From: an uncultured delta proteobacterium
GTDB lineage: Bacteria; Desulfobacterota; Binatia; UBA9968
Reading direction: 5' to 3'
DNA length: 64,000 bases
Assembly: GCA_963737905.1 (NCBI GenBank)
Contig: CAVTUQ010000002.1
Coordinates: 384,001-448,000 of the forward strand
Shown: in pieces, positions 19,559-28,113 of the stretch
Layout of the letters: every line of letters begins with the position of its first letter
How positions within the stretch are numbered: position 1 is the stretch's first letter
The notes under the pieces: model-generated
Database searches by the model: none
What the model was told of the DNA's origin: nothing
The model's input: only the letters and a program-made list of their open reading frames with translations
Translations under genes and position numbers: made by a program

Positions 19559-19806
19559 AGAAAATGATCGGGGTTACTAGCCCGGATTCTTTACGAAATG
19601 CCCGCGGAGCAACCCTCTCCTGTCGCGGGCAATGGGCCTGCACCTTGAGGAGGCCTGCGAGCTTGGGTGGTGAGGAAGAAGCGGAAGCTCATGGCCATAC
19701 ATTTGAGAAGTCAGGGCAGCTCTACGTTCCTGTGTCCGCCCGCTCCGAGGTCTACCGTGTGTTGTGGCTTTTCGTCGAACATGAATATTTCGATCTCAAT
19801 ACAGAC

Positions 19807-20843
19807 TCAGGTCTCGACGGTCGCTCTCGCGCCGTTGGCGCGAAGGGATCGTTCGCCCGCTTCGAGAACAGCAAGCACTCGCAGAGCAAAGCTTCCGTTG
19901 GATAACGGCGCTCGGTCATCCAATATGCTTTCCAAAAAATCCTTCACAGCGTCCGCCAAAGGCTCTTGATCTTTAAATCCCTCTATCTCGCGTCCCACCA
20001 GCATCTTCGAGGGTATCGTGGTCGGGAGTTCATCGGCGAGCGGCTTGCCAACCGGTGAATTCTCCACTCGATATTCGTGAACCGTGATCGATCGTTTTTC
20101 AAACTTCCCCTCATAGACGACCAATCGTTTGCTGCCGATGACGGTCAGTTTTGCCGTACTCTCCGGATACAGCCAATTATGGTAGACAAAGGCGGAAGTT
20201 TTGTCCGCCATTTCAATCGCAGCCACGCTAAGATCTTCCAGATGGGGCTGCAGGTACCGTGATAACCATGCAGACTAACACTGGTGGGCCGGCTCGATAA
20301 GAGATGCAAAACAATCGAAGCATCGTGCGGCGCCGAATTCCACCACACGTTGGAGTCGCGCTTGATCCGCCCAAGGCTCAGCCGCTGTAAAAAGAGGTGA
20401 TAAATATCGCCCAGGTCTCCTGAACGGATCATTTCTCGAATCATCGTCACGGCTGGATCGTAAAGAAAGGTGTGATCTACGAACAGCACAGTTCTCTTGG
20501 CTCGCGCCAACTGTACCAGCTCACGACCCTCCTCCAATCGCAGCGCTAAAGGCTTCTCCACCCACACATGTTTTCCCGCGGCCAAGGCTCTCTTCGCCAA
20601 CGAAAAGTGGGTCGCCGGTGGAGTCGCGATGATTACCGCGTCAAGATGCGAATCAGCGAGAACCGCCTCCAAAGAGACAGCGATGGGAAGGTCGGGGAAC
20701 TTCCCTTGAATCTCTGCGCGATTCTCGGCATGAATGTCGCAAACCACGCGCACGAGCGCTTGTGGCGCGGCTAAAAACTTTGGCAACAGCTTTTGTCCCC
20801 AATAACCGGCACCCACGAGAGCTACGTTCACTCTGTCGCCCAC
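19807..20843 (-). CDS. Gfo/Idh/MocA oxidoreductase (WlbA/WbpB-like), split by a frameshift near 20260
   Basis: LVGAGYWG, HVWVEKP, VDHTFLY and NSAPHD in ORF 20145-20897. The sequence continues as YLQPHLED...HNWLYPE in the frame of ORF 19807-20226. Confidence 0.8.
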
Positions 20844-20847
20844 CCGA

Positions 20848-21810
20848 TCACCTATATTCCCGAATGCGAAATTTGGGTTGCCTCTGTGCCTCGACAAAGC
20901 GTTTAAGATTCAAAACATTGGAAAACGAAACAGCCGCCAGCAAAATCATCGTCGCCGTCCAGGCCCAACGACCCCACAACGCGCATATCAATGCAGCGGC
21001 CAGAAATAACACGAGTGTAAAGCGAAATTTATTCAGCCAACGAGCCGCCCCATTAACAGCGAACGGCAGCACCCATAGGTCGCGTAGCACGACCAAGACC
21101 CGGCTCAAACCATAGTGAGACCGACCCGCTATCCGGGCCCGATCGACGATCTTCACCTCAGAGAATTCATCTCCCTTCACGCCAAGTGAAACGGGCGAAA
21201 AGCGATTCATAAAACCCTTGGGTACGAACTTGCCTTCCAAAACCTCCCTTTGATAGGCCTTAAGACCGCATCCGCAATCATGCACCGGGACGCCGGAGAC
21301 GAATCGGATCATCATGTTGGCGACTTGTGATGGCAGACGTTTAGTCCAGAAAGAGGCGGCTCGCTGTTCTCGCCGCCCGGATACAACTCGATGACCTTTG
21401 GCGAGCTCCCGCAGAAGATCAGGGATATACGCGGGATCGTTTTGATAATCGCCATCGATCGTGATAATCACTTCGCCCTGCGTCTTTGAAATGCCCGCCA
21501 GCAGGGCCCAGTTTTCACCGGCGTTTGTTTCCAAATCGGCGAAATGAAAATCCGCATCGCGTTCCTGAATCTCTCGCATCGTCGCCAGTGTTTGGTCGGT
21601 ACTGGCGTCGTTGACGAAGATGATTTCATAGGACTCCTTCAATGCCTCCATCACGCCTTTGATATCGTCGTAAAGCGCCCGGACGTTTCCCTGCTCATTG
21701 TGCATGGGCGCAACGACGGAATACTTGACCGCCAGCGAGTCGCAATCAGGATCTCGACGCGAAATATTCACGGACCGTAGAGATGATGTAAGCAACCTCC
21801 TCATCCTCAA
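20848..21810 (-). CDS. GT2 undecaprenyl-phosphate glycosyltransferase (ArnC-like)
   Basis: SVVAPMHNEQ, VNDASTD, TIDGDYQNDP and HDCGCGLKAY plus two C-terminal TM helices. True start probably near 21735-21771. Confidence 0.88.
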   Translation of the reverse strand: MRMRRLLTSSLRSVNISRRDPDCDSLAVKYSVVAPMHNEQGNVRALYDDIKGVMEALKESYEIIFVNDASTDQTLATMREIQERDADFHFADLETNAGENWALLAGISKTQGEVIITIDGDYQNDPAYIPDLLRELAKGHRVVSGRREQRAASFWTKRLPSQVANMMIRFVSGVPVHDCGCGLKAYQREVLEGKFVPKGFMNRFSPVSLGVKGDEFSEVKIVDRARIAGRSHYGLSRVLVVLRDLWVLPFAVNGAARWLNKFRFTLVLFLAAALICALWGRWAWTATMILLAAVSFSNVLNLKRFVEAQRQPKFRIREYR

Positions 21811-22855
21811 GCTCAGCGAAAACCGGAATCGCTAGATTCTCCCTCGAGTATCTTTCAGCTTCCGGTAAGTTGTACACCGGGAAGTTCCGAGCTTTCCAGG
21901 CCTCGTGTTGATGCAGGGGTTGTGGATAATACAAGCCTGTGCCAATCCCCCGGCCATTCAAGAATTTCTTCAGCGAATCTCGATCTGCACTCTCGATCAC
22001 GTATTGATGGTAAACGCTGGTGCGATCCGGAAACTGGGGCGGTACTTTCAATGGTAGATCGCGAAAACAACAAGAGTACTCGGCCGCGATTGCGGCCCGG
22101 CGGGCGTTATCCCGATCCAGTGTCGGAAGCTTTACGCGCAGGACTGCCGCTTGGAGTTCGTCCAACCGACTGTTCCAACCGTAAATGGCATGGTCGTATT
22201 TCTCCGCCTGGCCATGAACCCGCAGAAGTCCGATATGTTTTGCCAGTCGTTCATCGTTGGTTAGCACCACTCCGGCATCGCCGTACGAAGCCAAGTTCTT
22301 GACCGGACCGAGACTCATCGGAGTAACAGCCCCCCATCCGGCCGCGCGTCGGCCTTTGTAAACCGCCCCTTGTGCTTGCGACGCATCCTCGACGACCGGA
22401 ACATTTCGCCTCCCGGCGATTTCGAGAATCGCTTCCATGTCACAAGGAAGTCCCAACATGTGGACCGCTATCATGGCCTTGGTATTTGAGTTGATCGACT
22501 TTGACAAGCTTTCCAGATCGGGTCCGTAGTCTCCCACGGCCTTGTCAACCAAAACGGGAATCGCGCCCCGAGCGATCACCGGCTCAATCACAGGAGCGGG
22601 CGCGTGAGCCGGCAAAATCACTTCGTGGGCGCGCGAAACGCCTAATGCCTCGATCGAGAGATGAACGGCGTCGGTGCCGGACGCGACACCGACCGCGTGT
22701 TTGACACCGCAGTAAGCTGCAAACTCTTTCTCGAAAGCGGCCAGATTGGACCCATTGAACAACTTGATCGACGCAAAGATGGTGTCCCAGCGTTGCTTGA
22801 GCTCGTTCTCTATGGATCGATACTTTCGGGTAAGGTCCAGCAAAGGTATCTTCAT
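21746..22855 (-). CDS. DegT/DnrJ/EryC1/StrS sugar aminotransferase
   Basis: MKIPLLDL, VASGTDA, VEDASQAQG, PVKNLASYGDAG (PLP lysine) and NSRLDELQAAVL. Confidence 0.93.
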   Translation of the reverse strand: MKIPLLDLTRKYRSIENELKQRWDTIFASIKLFNGSNLAAFEKEFAAYCGVKHAVGVASGTDAVHLSIEALGVSRAHEVILPAHAPAPVIEPVIARGAIPVLVDKAVGDYGPDLESLSKSINSNTKAMIAVHMLGLPCDMEAILEIAGRRNVPVVEDASQAQGAVYKGRRAAGWGAVTPMSLGPVKNLASYGDAGVVLTNDERLAKHIGLLRVHGQAEKYDHAIYGWNSRLDELQAAVLRVKLPTLDRDNARRAAIAAEYSCCFRDLPLKVPPQFPDRTSVYHQYVIESADRDSLKKFLNGRGIGTGLYYPQPLHQHEAWKARNFPVYNLPEAERYSRENLAIPVFAELEDEEVAYIISTVREYFASRS

Positions 22856-22972
22856 TGTCTCGTGAGGCAGCTTCTTCTCAGACAGACCTAACTTGTTCAT
22901 AGCAGACCTTGCAGTCAGATTTTGAAAAACGACCATAGGCTTCTAAATTCAGTGATGCGATCGAGCGAAACG

Positions 22973-23057
22973 ACAAGTCACCCCTCTTTCGTGAAAGAGA
23001 ACGTGTTGTATGGAGCCTTGAAAATGTCTCCAGACGAATAACCCCAACGTGACTTGT
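22973..23057 (-). promoter_or_regulatory. Putative structured cis-regulatory RNA (three-way junction) upstream of the aminotransferase
   Basis: Perfect 9-bp closing stem ACAAGTCAC/GTGACTTGT enclosing CTCTTTC/GAAAGAG and GTTG..TGGAG/CTCCA..CAAC arms. Confidence 0.4.
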
Positions 23058-23125
23058 GACGGCCAACAAGGACTTATGCTGGCACGCCCGTTGACGCACG
23101 AACCCAAAACTCGAAAGAAGAAATC

Positions 23126-23479
23126 TTAGATGAGAAAGACGCGCTGAAGCTTGAAGATTCTGAAACTCGGCTTAACGATCAATGCGGGCTGGCGCACGAG
23201 AGTCTGAAATATTGAGACCTCGCGAAAATAGGAATCCATCATCACAAAGGCGACACGTGGAAAAATCGTTTGGAGTGAATGCGGGTGGTCATCGATCGGC
23301 GTGCTCTGCCCAAAACTGTCCACGATTCCATCCATGGTCTGAGCCAGGCCGGGATCATCGAAGTCAAAAAATCCCAACTCCTCCGCCAACTCCACCCCCA
23401 CAAGAAAAAGCCACAGGCTTAGGAGTAGACCGGATACGATTCGCTGTCGCATATGTGCAGGGAGTATATTTGAATTCAC
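23126..23479 (-). CDS. Small membrane-anchored hypothetical protein ending IFKLQRVFLI
   Basis: One N-terminal hydrophobic helix, acidic middle and hydrophobic C-terminus; co-oriented within the operon. Start may be the ATG at 23452. Confidence 0.6.
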   Translation of the reverse strand: MNSNILPAHMRQRIVSGLLLSLWLFLVGVELAEELGFFDFDDPGLAQTMDGIVDSFGQSTPIDDHPHSLQTIFPRVAFVMMDSYFREVSIFQTLVRQPALIVKPSFRIFKLQRVFLI

Positions 23480-23504
23480 TCACCTGTCAAGACGTCGGGA
23501 TGGT

Positions 23505-25244
23505 TCACGGTTTGGCTACCAAAACATATTCGTCGACGCCGGCGAGTTTCTTCGTTCCTTCGGTTAACTGGCTTTCTAATCGAAGCAGGTTTTTTGCTTT
23601 AGCGAAAACCAGCAGGGGAGGGTTGTCTTTTTTCCATGCATCCGAAAACTCGGCAAAATTGAAGAGTATTTTTCCGTGACCGGGCGCGGGATCCGGGCGG
23701 TGAGTAGAAACATAAGGGCTTCCCATCAACGTCGTCCTTCCTGGTGACGCAACAATCCAAATGGGTCGATCGAGGCGCAAATAAAAAATCAACCCTGGTA
23801 TATAGGTATCATAGATAGCCACCTGGCTATCATGCGTGATGAAGTGAGCCGTGGTCCGCGCGAGCGCCTTGGCTGACCGATCAACAGAGGCCGTCACCAT
23901 GAGATGGCCCACGAGCAAAATGAAACCCGCTGTTACGACGCCGGTACAGATGTAGCTTGCCATCTGGCCGCCCCAATACCCTCCCCAATTAGCATAGGCA
24001 TAGGCTGCGCAGATTACCACCATGACTGCAGCACTCAATCCGATGAAAATAAGATCCGCATTTATAGTCGCTCGAATTTCTGCCGGCAAGAGATGCTGCC
24101 AAGCTCCACCCATAAGCAGATATAAGACAAAGCCGGCTAACAAAATCCAAGACAGATACAAAACCCATCTCGCTGTTGAATGCGGTTTACTGAAGAAGCC
24201 CGTGATCGTCCGCCCGGTCAGTATAGCCAGAGCTGGATACATCGGCAGTACGTAATGAGGCAACTTGGAATTTGACAGGGAAAAAAACAGCAACGGCAAG
24301 ACGGCCCAGAGAATCAAAAAAACGTTCTTGTCATCTATTTTACGCCAGGAATCTTTTACAACAAGCGGCAACAATAACGTCCATGGAAAAAATCCTACGG
24401 CTATAACAAAAAGGAAATAGAACCAACTCTGGGTCCGGTTAAACTCATCGGTCAGGTAGCGAGTAAAATGCTCTTCCCAAAAAAAATAACGCAGGTAACC
24501 TGGATTTCTCACCCCAGCCCAGAGGTACCAAGGGGCAACCATGACCAGGAAAAGTAATGCTCCGGGGAGAAGATGAAGCCTTCGCAACATCGACCATTTA
24601 TCCCTTCCCAGTAGATACCCGCAAAACACCATGCCCGGAATGATGAGACCGATGAGTCCTTTGACAAGCGTACCCGCGCCGAGGGCTCCGTACATAAGCA
24701 GGCAATGGAGTTTTTTGGTTTTTTCATTTTCGGCCTGTATGGCTGAATAAAAAGAACATAGTGCCAACGTAACACAAAACGTTAGCGTCATGTCCGATCT
24801 GACGATGCGCGCGAGCAGAAAAAACTCAACGCTTGTGAGTAGAATCAAAACGCTCCACATGGCCTCCCATGATCCCCACCATTGACGCGCGAAACCATAC
24901 ACCAAAAGCAGACAACCGAGGGCAAACACTGTGGCCGGCAATCGAGCGGACCATTCCGTAATACCAAAAATCTTATAGGAAACCGCTACCAGCCAATAGA
25001 AGAACATGGGTTTGTCTAAGACCGGCAGGAAGTTCTCGTGGGGTGTCACCCAATCATTCAGCACCAAAATTTCTCTTGCCTTTTCTGCGTTTCTGCCTTC
25101 GTCGGGTTCGAAAAAGTCCGCGCTACCGAGATTCACGAAGAGAACTGCCAGACAAACGAAACAGACAAACCAAGCCAGGTAGTGGTCTACGGTATCCGTA
25201 TCCAGAATGCCTAACTGGGGGGCAGGCCGCCGTGGGTTAATCAC
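23505..25244 (-). CDS. ArnT-like lipid-carrier glycosyltransferase, copy 2
   Basis: EPDEGRNAEKAREI, DKPMFFYW, ARLPA, LVKGLIG and SKLPHYVLPMYP. Confidence 0.9.
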   Translation of the reverse strand: MINPRRPAPQLGILDTDTVDHYLAWFVCFVCLAVLFVNLGSADFFEPDEGRNAEKAREILVLNDWVTPHENFLPVLDKPMFFYWLVAVSYKIFGITEWSARLPATVFALGCLLLVYGFARQWWGSWEAMWSVLILLTSVEFFLLARIVRSDMTLTFCVTLALCSFYSAIQAENEKTKKLHCLLMYGALGAGTLVKGLIGLIIPGMVFCGYLLGRDKWSMLRRLHLLPGALLFLVMVAPWYLWAGVRNPGYLRYFFWEEHFTRYLTDEFNRTQSWFYFLFVIAVGFFPWTLLLPLVVKDSWRKIDDKNVFLILWAVLPLLFFSLSNSKLPHYVLPMYPALAILTGRTITGFFSKPHSTARWVLYLSWILLAGFVLYLLMGGAWQHLLPAEIRATINADLIFIGLSAAVMVVICAAYAYANWGGYWGGQMASYICTGVVTAGFILLVGHLMVTASVDRSAKALARTTAHFITHDSQVAIYDTYIPGLIFYLRLDRPIWIVASPGRTTLMGSPYVSTHRPDPAPGHGKILFNFAEFSDAWKKDNPPLLVFAKAKNLLRLESQLTEGTKKLAGVDEYVLVAKP

Positions 25245-25249
25245 CGGAG
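25226..25249 (-). repeat. Right copy of 24-bp inverted repeat (pairs with 13590-13613)
   Basis: Reverse complement CTCCGGTGATTAACCCACGGCGGC is 23/24 identical to the left copy and contains the GTG start of ArnT copy 2. Confidence 0.85.
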
Positions 25250-25457
25250 GTTCTCGAAATAACGTCGCTCAATAGGTTTACCCGAGGCGAGTATATTTTC
25301 AAGACGAGACGCAACGTTTTTGAGCTGAAAACGCGGATCAGATATCGGCTATTACAGGCTATCCATGACGAGTAAAACCGGTCACATCTCTCACAGGTTG
25401 CTTGATTGACATGACCCGGCCCGGAGCGTAGAAGGTAAATCAGGCAAGGGGGGTCTT

Positions 25458-25671
25458 ATGTTCGGAAGTATTGGCATGCCGGAGCTCATTGTAAGTTTTC
25501 ATCGTTGTACTCCTGATTTTTGGTCCCACCAAGCTTCCTGACCTAGGGAAATCTCTCGGAGAAGCGATACGAGGACTCAAAAAGGCAATGAATGAGCCGG
25601 ACAAGAATAACTTAGAGGGATCGCATCGTTCCGAGAAATCCCGCAAATCCTCTAAGTCCTACGCCGGCTAA
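25458..25671 (+). CDS. tatA: Twin-arginine translocase TatA/E subunit with a 1-nt frameshift near 25495
   Basis: MFGSIGMPELIV, then in the shifted frame IVVLLIFGPTKLPDLGKSLGEAIRGLKKAM. Length is 3n+1. Confidence 0.85.
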
Positions 25672-25700
25672 CCGATTTTCTGTTCGAGTTACACAGGTCC

Positions 25701-26942
25701 ATGAAGCCACGCATCTTCAGAATGGCCGCTTCTTTTTTGGTTTCTTCGACCTTTTTCTTATTCCTCACTCCTGATCCAGCGGCAAGCCAGCAACCCGTAG
25801 CCAGTTTCTTTTACGATGAGCGAGGCAGCGTCGTCCGCCAGGAAAGAGATACTAATGGCGATGGCAAGATGGATCGCTGGACTCATTACGACCGGCAAGG
25901 ACAGATTGAAAAGGTCGAACAGGATATTAATTTCGATGGTAAACCGGATATCTTTGTATACTACGAAGCCGGCAAGCCCAAACGGCAAGAGATTGCCAGC
26001 AAAAACGACGGGCGCGTAGACACCTGGTATTTTCTCGACGCCAACGGAGAAATCGAGCGCAAAGGTCAGGATACCAACGGGTCAGGGAAGCCGACGATCT
26101 GGGTATACTATCAAAACGGTCAGCCGGTGCGGAGCGAGGAAGATCCAAAATCCACCGGGAATGGTACACGCACTGTTCTCTTCAAAGACGGCAAGATCAG
26201 TCGTATAGACGAGGACACAAGTGGGAGCGGCAAACCGGACAGCTTTTCCTATTTTGAAAATGGCCAGTTGGTCAGGAAGGAACTCGATCGCAAACACACG
26301 GGTAAAATCGACCTCTGGGGTTATTATCGTGACGGCCGGCTAGTAAAGCAGGAAGAGGACCTCCGAGGCAACGGTAAGGTGAGCAGAATCGTTTACTTTC
26401 AAGGCGAAGAAGTAGTCCGCCGAGAAGAGGATACGGCCGGCCGCGGGCAAATGGACATGATTGAGACATTCTCTCAAGGTCGGCTCAATAAACGCCTACG
26501 CGATAGCAAAGGAACTGGGAAATGGGATAATGTCCAATACTTCAAAGACAATGAGCTTGTGCGCGAGGAACGAGATAGCGATGGCGACGGCTTTTTTGAT
26601 CTCCGAATCTTCTACGAAAAGGGCCAGATTGTCCGGCAGGAAGGGGATACGAATAGCGACCGGCGGGTTGATGTCTGGGTGAAATTCGAAAACAACGAGC
26701 CGGTTGAACAGCTCGAAGATCAAAACTTTCGTGGCAAGATCAGTGCTCGCTACCTTTTCAAGGGTGGGCAAGTTGTGGGACAGGAGCAAGTCGCAGATGC
26801 GGAACCCCCATCTGTTGCTTTTCCCTTTATTGCGGTTGAAGAGGAGTTCAGAAATATGGCAAGCTATGAGTCTTCCGGCTCGGTAGACCTACGAGCCGTA
26901 GCCGCCAAAAGGGAAATGGAGTCGAAGAGCGATACCAAGTAG
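25701..26942 (+). CDS. Secreted protein with about 13 24-aa R-x-E-x-D-x-x-G-x-G-x-x-D-x-W-x-Y repeats (CglD-like / MORN-variant-like)
   Basis: Sec-type signal peptide followed by tandem repeats such as RQERDTNGDGKMDRWTHY, KVEQDINFDGKPDIFVYY and REERDSDGDGFFDLRIFY. Confidence 0.8.
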   Translation: MKPRIFRMAASFLVSSTFFLFLTPDPAASQQPVASFFYDERGSVVRQERDTNGDGKMDRWTHYDRQGQIEKVEQDINFDGKPDIFVYYEAGKPKRQEIASKNDGRVDTWYFLDANGEIERKGQDTNGSGKPTIWVYYQNGQPVRSEEDPKSTGNGTRTVLFKDGKISRIDEDTSGSGKPDSFSYFENGQLVRKELDRKHTGKIDLWGYYRDGRLVKQEEDLRGNGKVSRIVYFQGEEVVRREEDTAGRGQMDMIETFSQGRLNKRLRDSKGTGKWDNVQYFKDNELVREERDSDGDGFFDLRIFYEKGQIVRQEGDTNSDRRVDVWVKFENNEPVEQLEDQNFRGKISARYLFKGGQVVGQEQVADAEPPSVAFPFIAVEEEFRNMASYESSGSVDLRAVAAKREMESKSDTK

Positions 26943-26960
26943 GACTTCAGTTCATGCGAT

Positions 26961-28112
26961 ATGAATAGGCATTGGGGGATCATCCTAGCCGGACTGTTGA
27001 TCGCATTCGCGGGTTGCGCATCCGTAGCGGTTCAGCCTCCGCCAGGCCCAGCCCAGAGCCCCTATCCCAATCCAGACCCAAATCCCAAGCCGAACAATAC
27101 CAACACCAACACCAACGACCCACAAGCGCAATCCCAGATTACGGGTTCACAACGCTGGCAGCATGCCTGGAGCAGAGCGATGGAAGGCTTGGCCCTGGGC
27201 GGATCAGTCGGTGGACTCTACGGCGCCGGCGGCGGGCTCGTCATTGGATTGATCGCAGGTTTGGTTACGGCTGATTCTCACTATGGAGCGATCAACGCGC
27301 AGATTCAAACAGAACAGCAGAAGGACCGGAATCTCGAAGCCGCCATCGAGCAAGAGTTGGAACGCCAAAGATCGTTGGAAGGCCAGGTTGCGCAAGCATC
27401 GGCCCCCACCGCAGGAAATCCGCCTCCGGCGCGATCTGTATCGGACGTCAGTCAGCCACAACCGTCGTTGCCTCAAGCCAAGCCACCGGAAAACATCGCA
27501 GTTGCGTCCCGGACCAAGCCACCTCCCCCAGCCGTTGCCCCGACACCGTTTAAAAACGTGGAAGTGAGAGATATCAACGGCGATGGTGTGCCGGACCTGT
27601 GGATCTACTACAACCCGCAGAAGCCGGGAGAAATTATGCGCCAGGAAGAAGCTTCCAAGGGTGACGGCAGAGTCGACACCTGGAGTTACTTTAAAGACGG
27701 CAAACTGGTGCGACGCGAGGCGGATACCAAAGGGCAGGGTAAGCCGGATACCTCCTTCTATTACGTCAACGACCAAATCGCCCGTGAAGAGCGCGACGAA
27801 ATTGGAGATGGCCGGGTCACCTACCGCGCCATTTACGAAAATGGCCGCCTCGCGCGGCTAGAGAAAGACGCCGACGGTAACGGCAGGATGAATCTTTGGA
27901 TGTATTACGATACCGCAAAAGAGGGCGAAGTCGTCAGCAAAGAAGAGCGCGACCTTAACGGTGACGGCGTTGTCGACCTGTGGAGCTATTACGAAAGCGG
28001 TCGGCTGGTGCGCCGCGATGTCAGTGCAATCGGCTTAGAACTCCTCTCCAAACAGGAGCAAATTCCCGCTGCAGCCGCAGAGCCCAAACAGATTTCAGCC
28101 CCGGGTAGCTGA
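26961..28112 (+). CDS. Lipoprotein with glycine zipper, coiled coil, Pro-rich linker and about 6 of the same DxxGxG repeats
   Basis: Lipobox FAG-C, GLALGGSVGGLYGAGGGLVIGLIAG, DINGDGVPDLWIYY and DLNGDGVVDLWSYY. Confidence 0.8.
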   Translation: MNRHWGIILAGLLIAFAGCASVAVQPPPGPAQSPYPNPDPNPKPNNTNTNTNDPQAQSQITGSQRWQHAWSRAMEGLALGGSVGGLYGAGGGLVIGLIAGLVTADSHYGAINAQIQTEQQKDRNLEAAIEQELERQRSLEGQVAQASAPTAGNPPPARSVSDVSQPQPSLPQAKPPENIAVASRTKPPPPAVAPTPFKNVEVRDINGDGVPDLWIYYNPQKPGEIMRQEEASKGDGRVDTWSYFKDGKLVRREADTKGQGKPDTSFYYVNDQIAREERDEIGDGRVTYRAIYENGRLARLEKDADGNGRMNLWMYYDTAKEGEVVSKEERDLNGDGVVDLWSYYESGRLVRRDVSAIGLELLSKQEQIPAAAAEPKQISAPGS

Positions 28113-28113
28113 T

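Noticed and set aside
19599-19631. GC-rich hairpin TGCCCGCG...CGCGGGCA between the Gfo gene and asnB
   Set aside because: It is a single hairpin without a U tract or a second copy, which is not enough to call a terminator, REP or riboswitch.
23080-23094. TGGCACGCCCGTTGA sigma54-like motif on the plus strand
   Set aside because: The -12 GC is missing and it points antisense into the operon.
25701-28112. Repeats as a CRISPR array or a toxin-antitoxin (YwqK/RHS) locus
   Set aside because: The repeats are degenerate protein-level units inside ORFs, not identical DNA repeats with spacers. No cas genes, RHS core or toxin domain are present.
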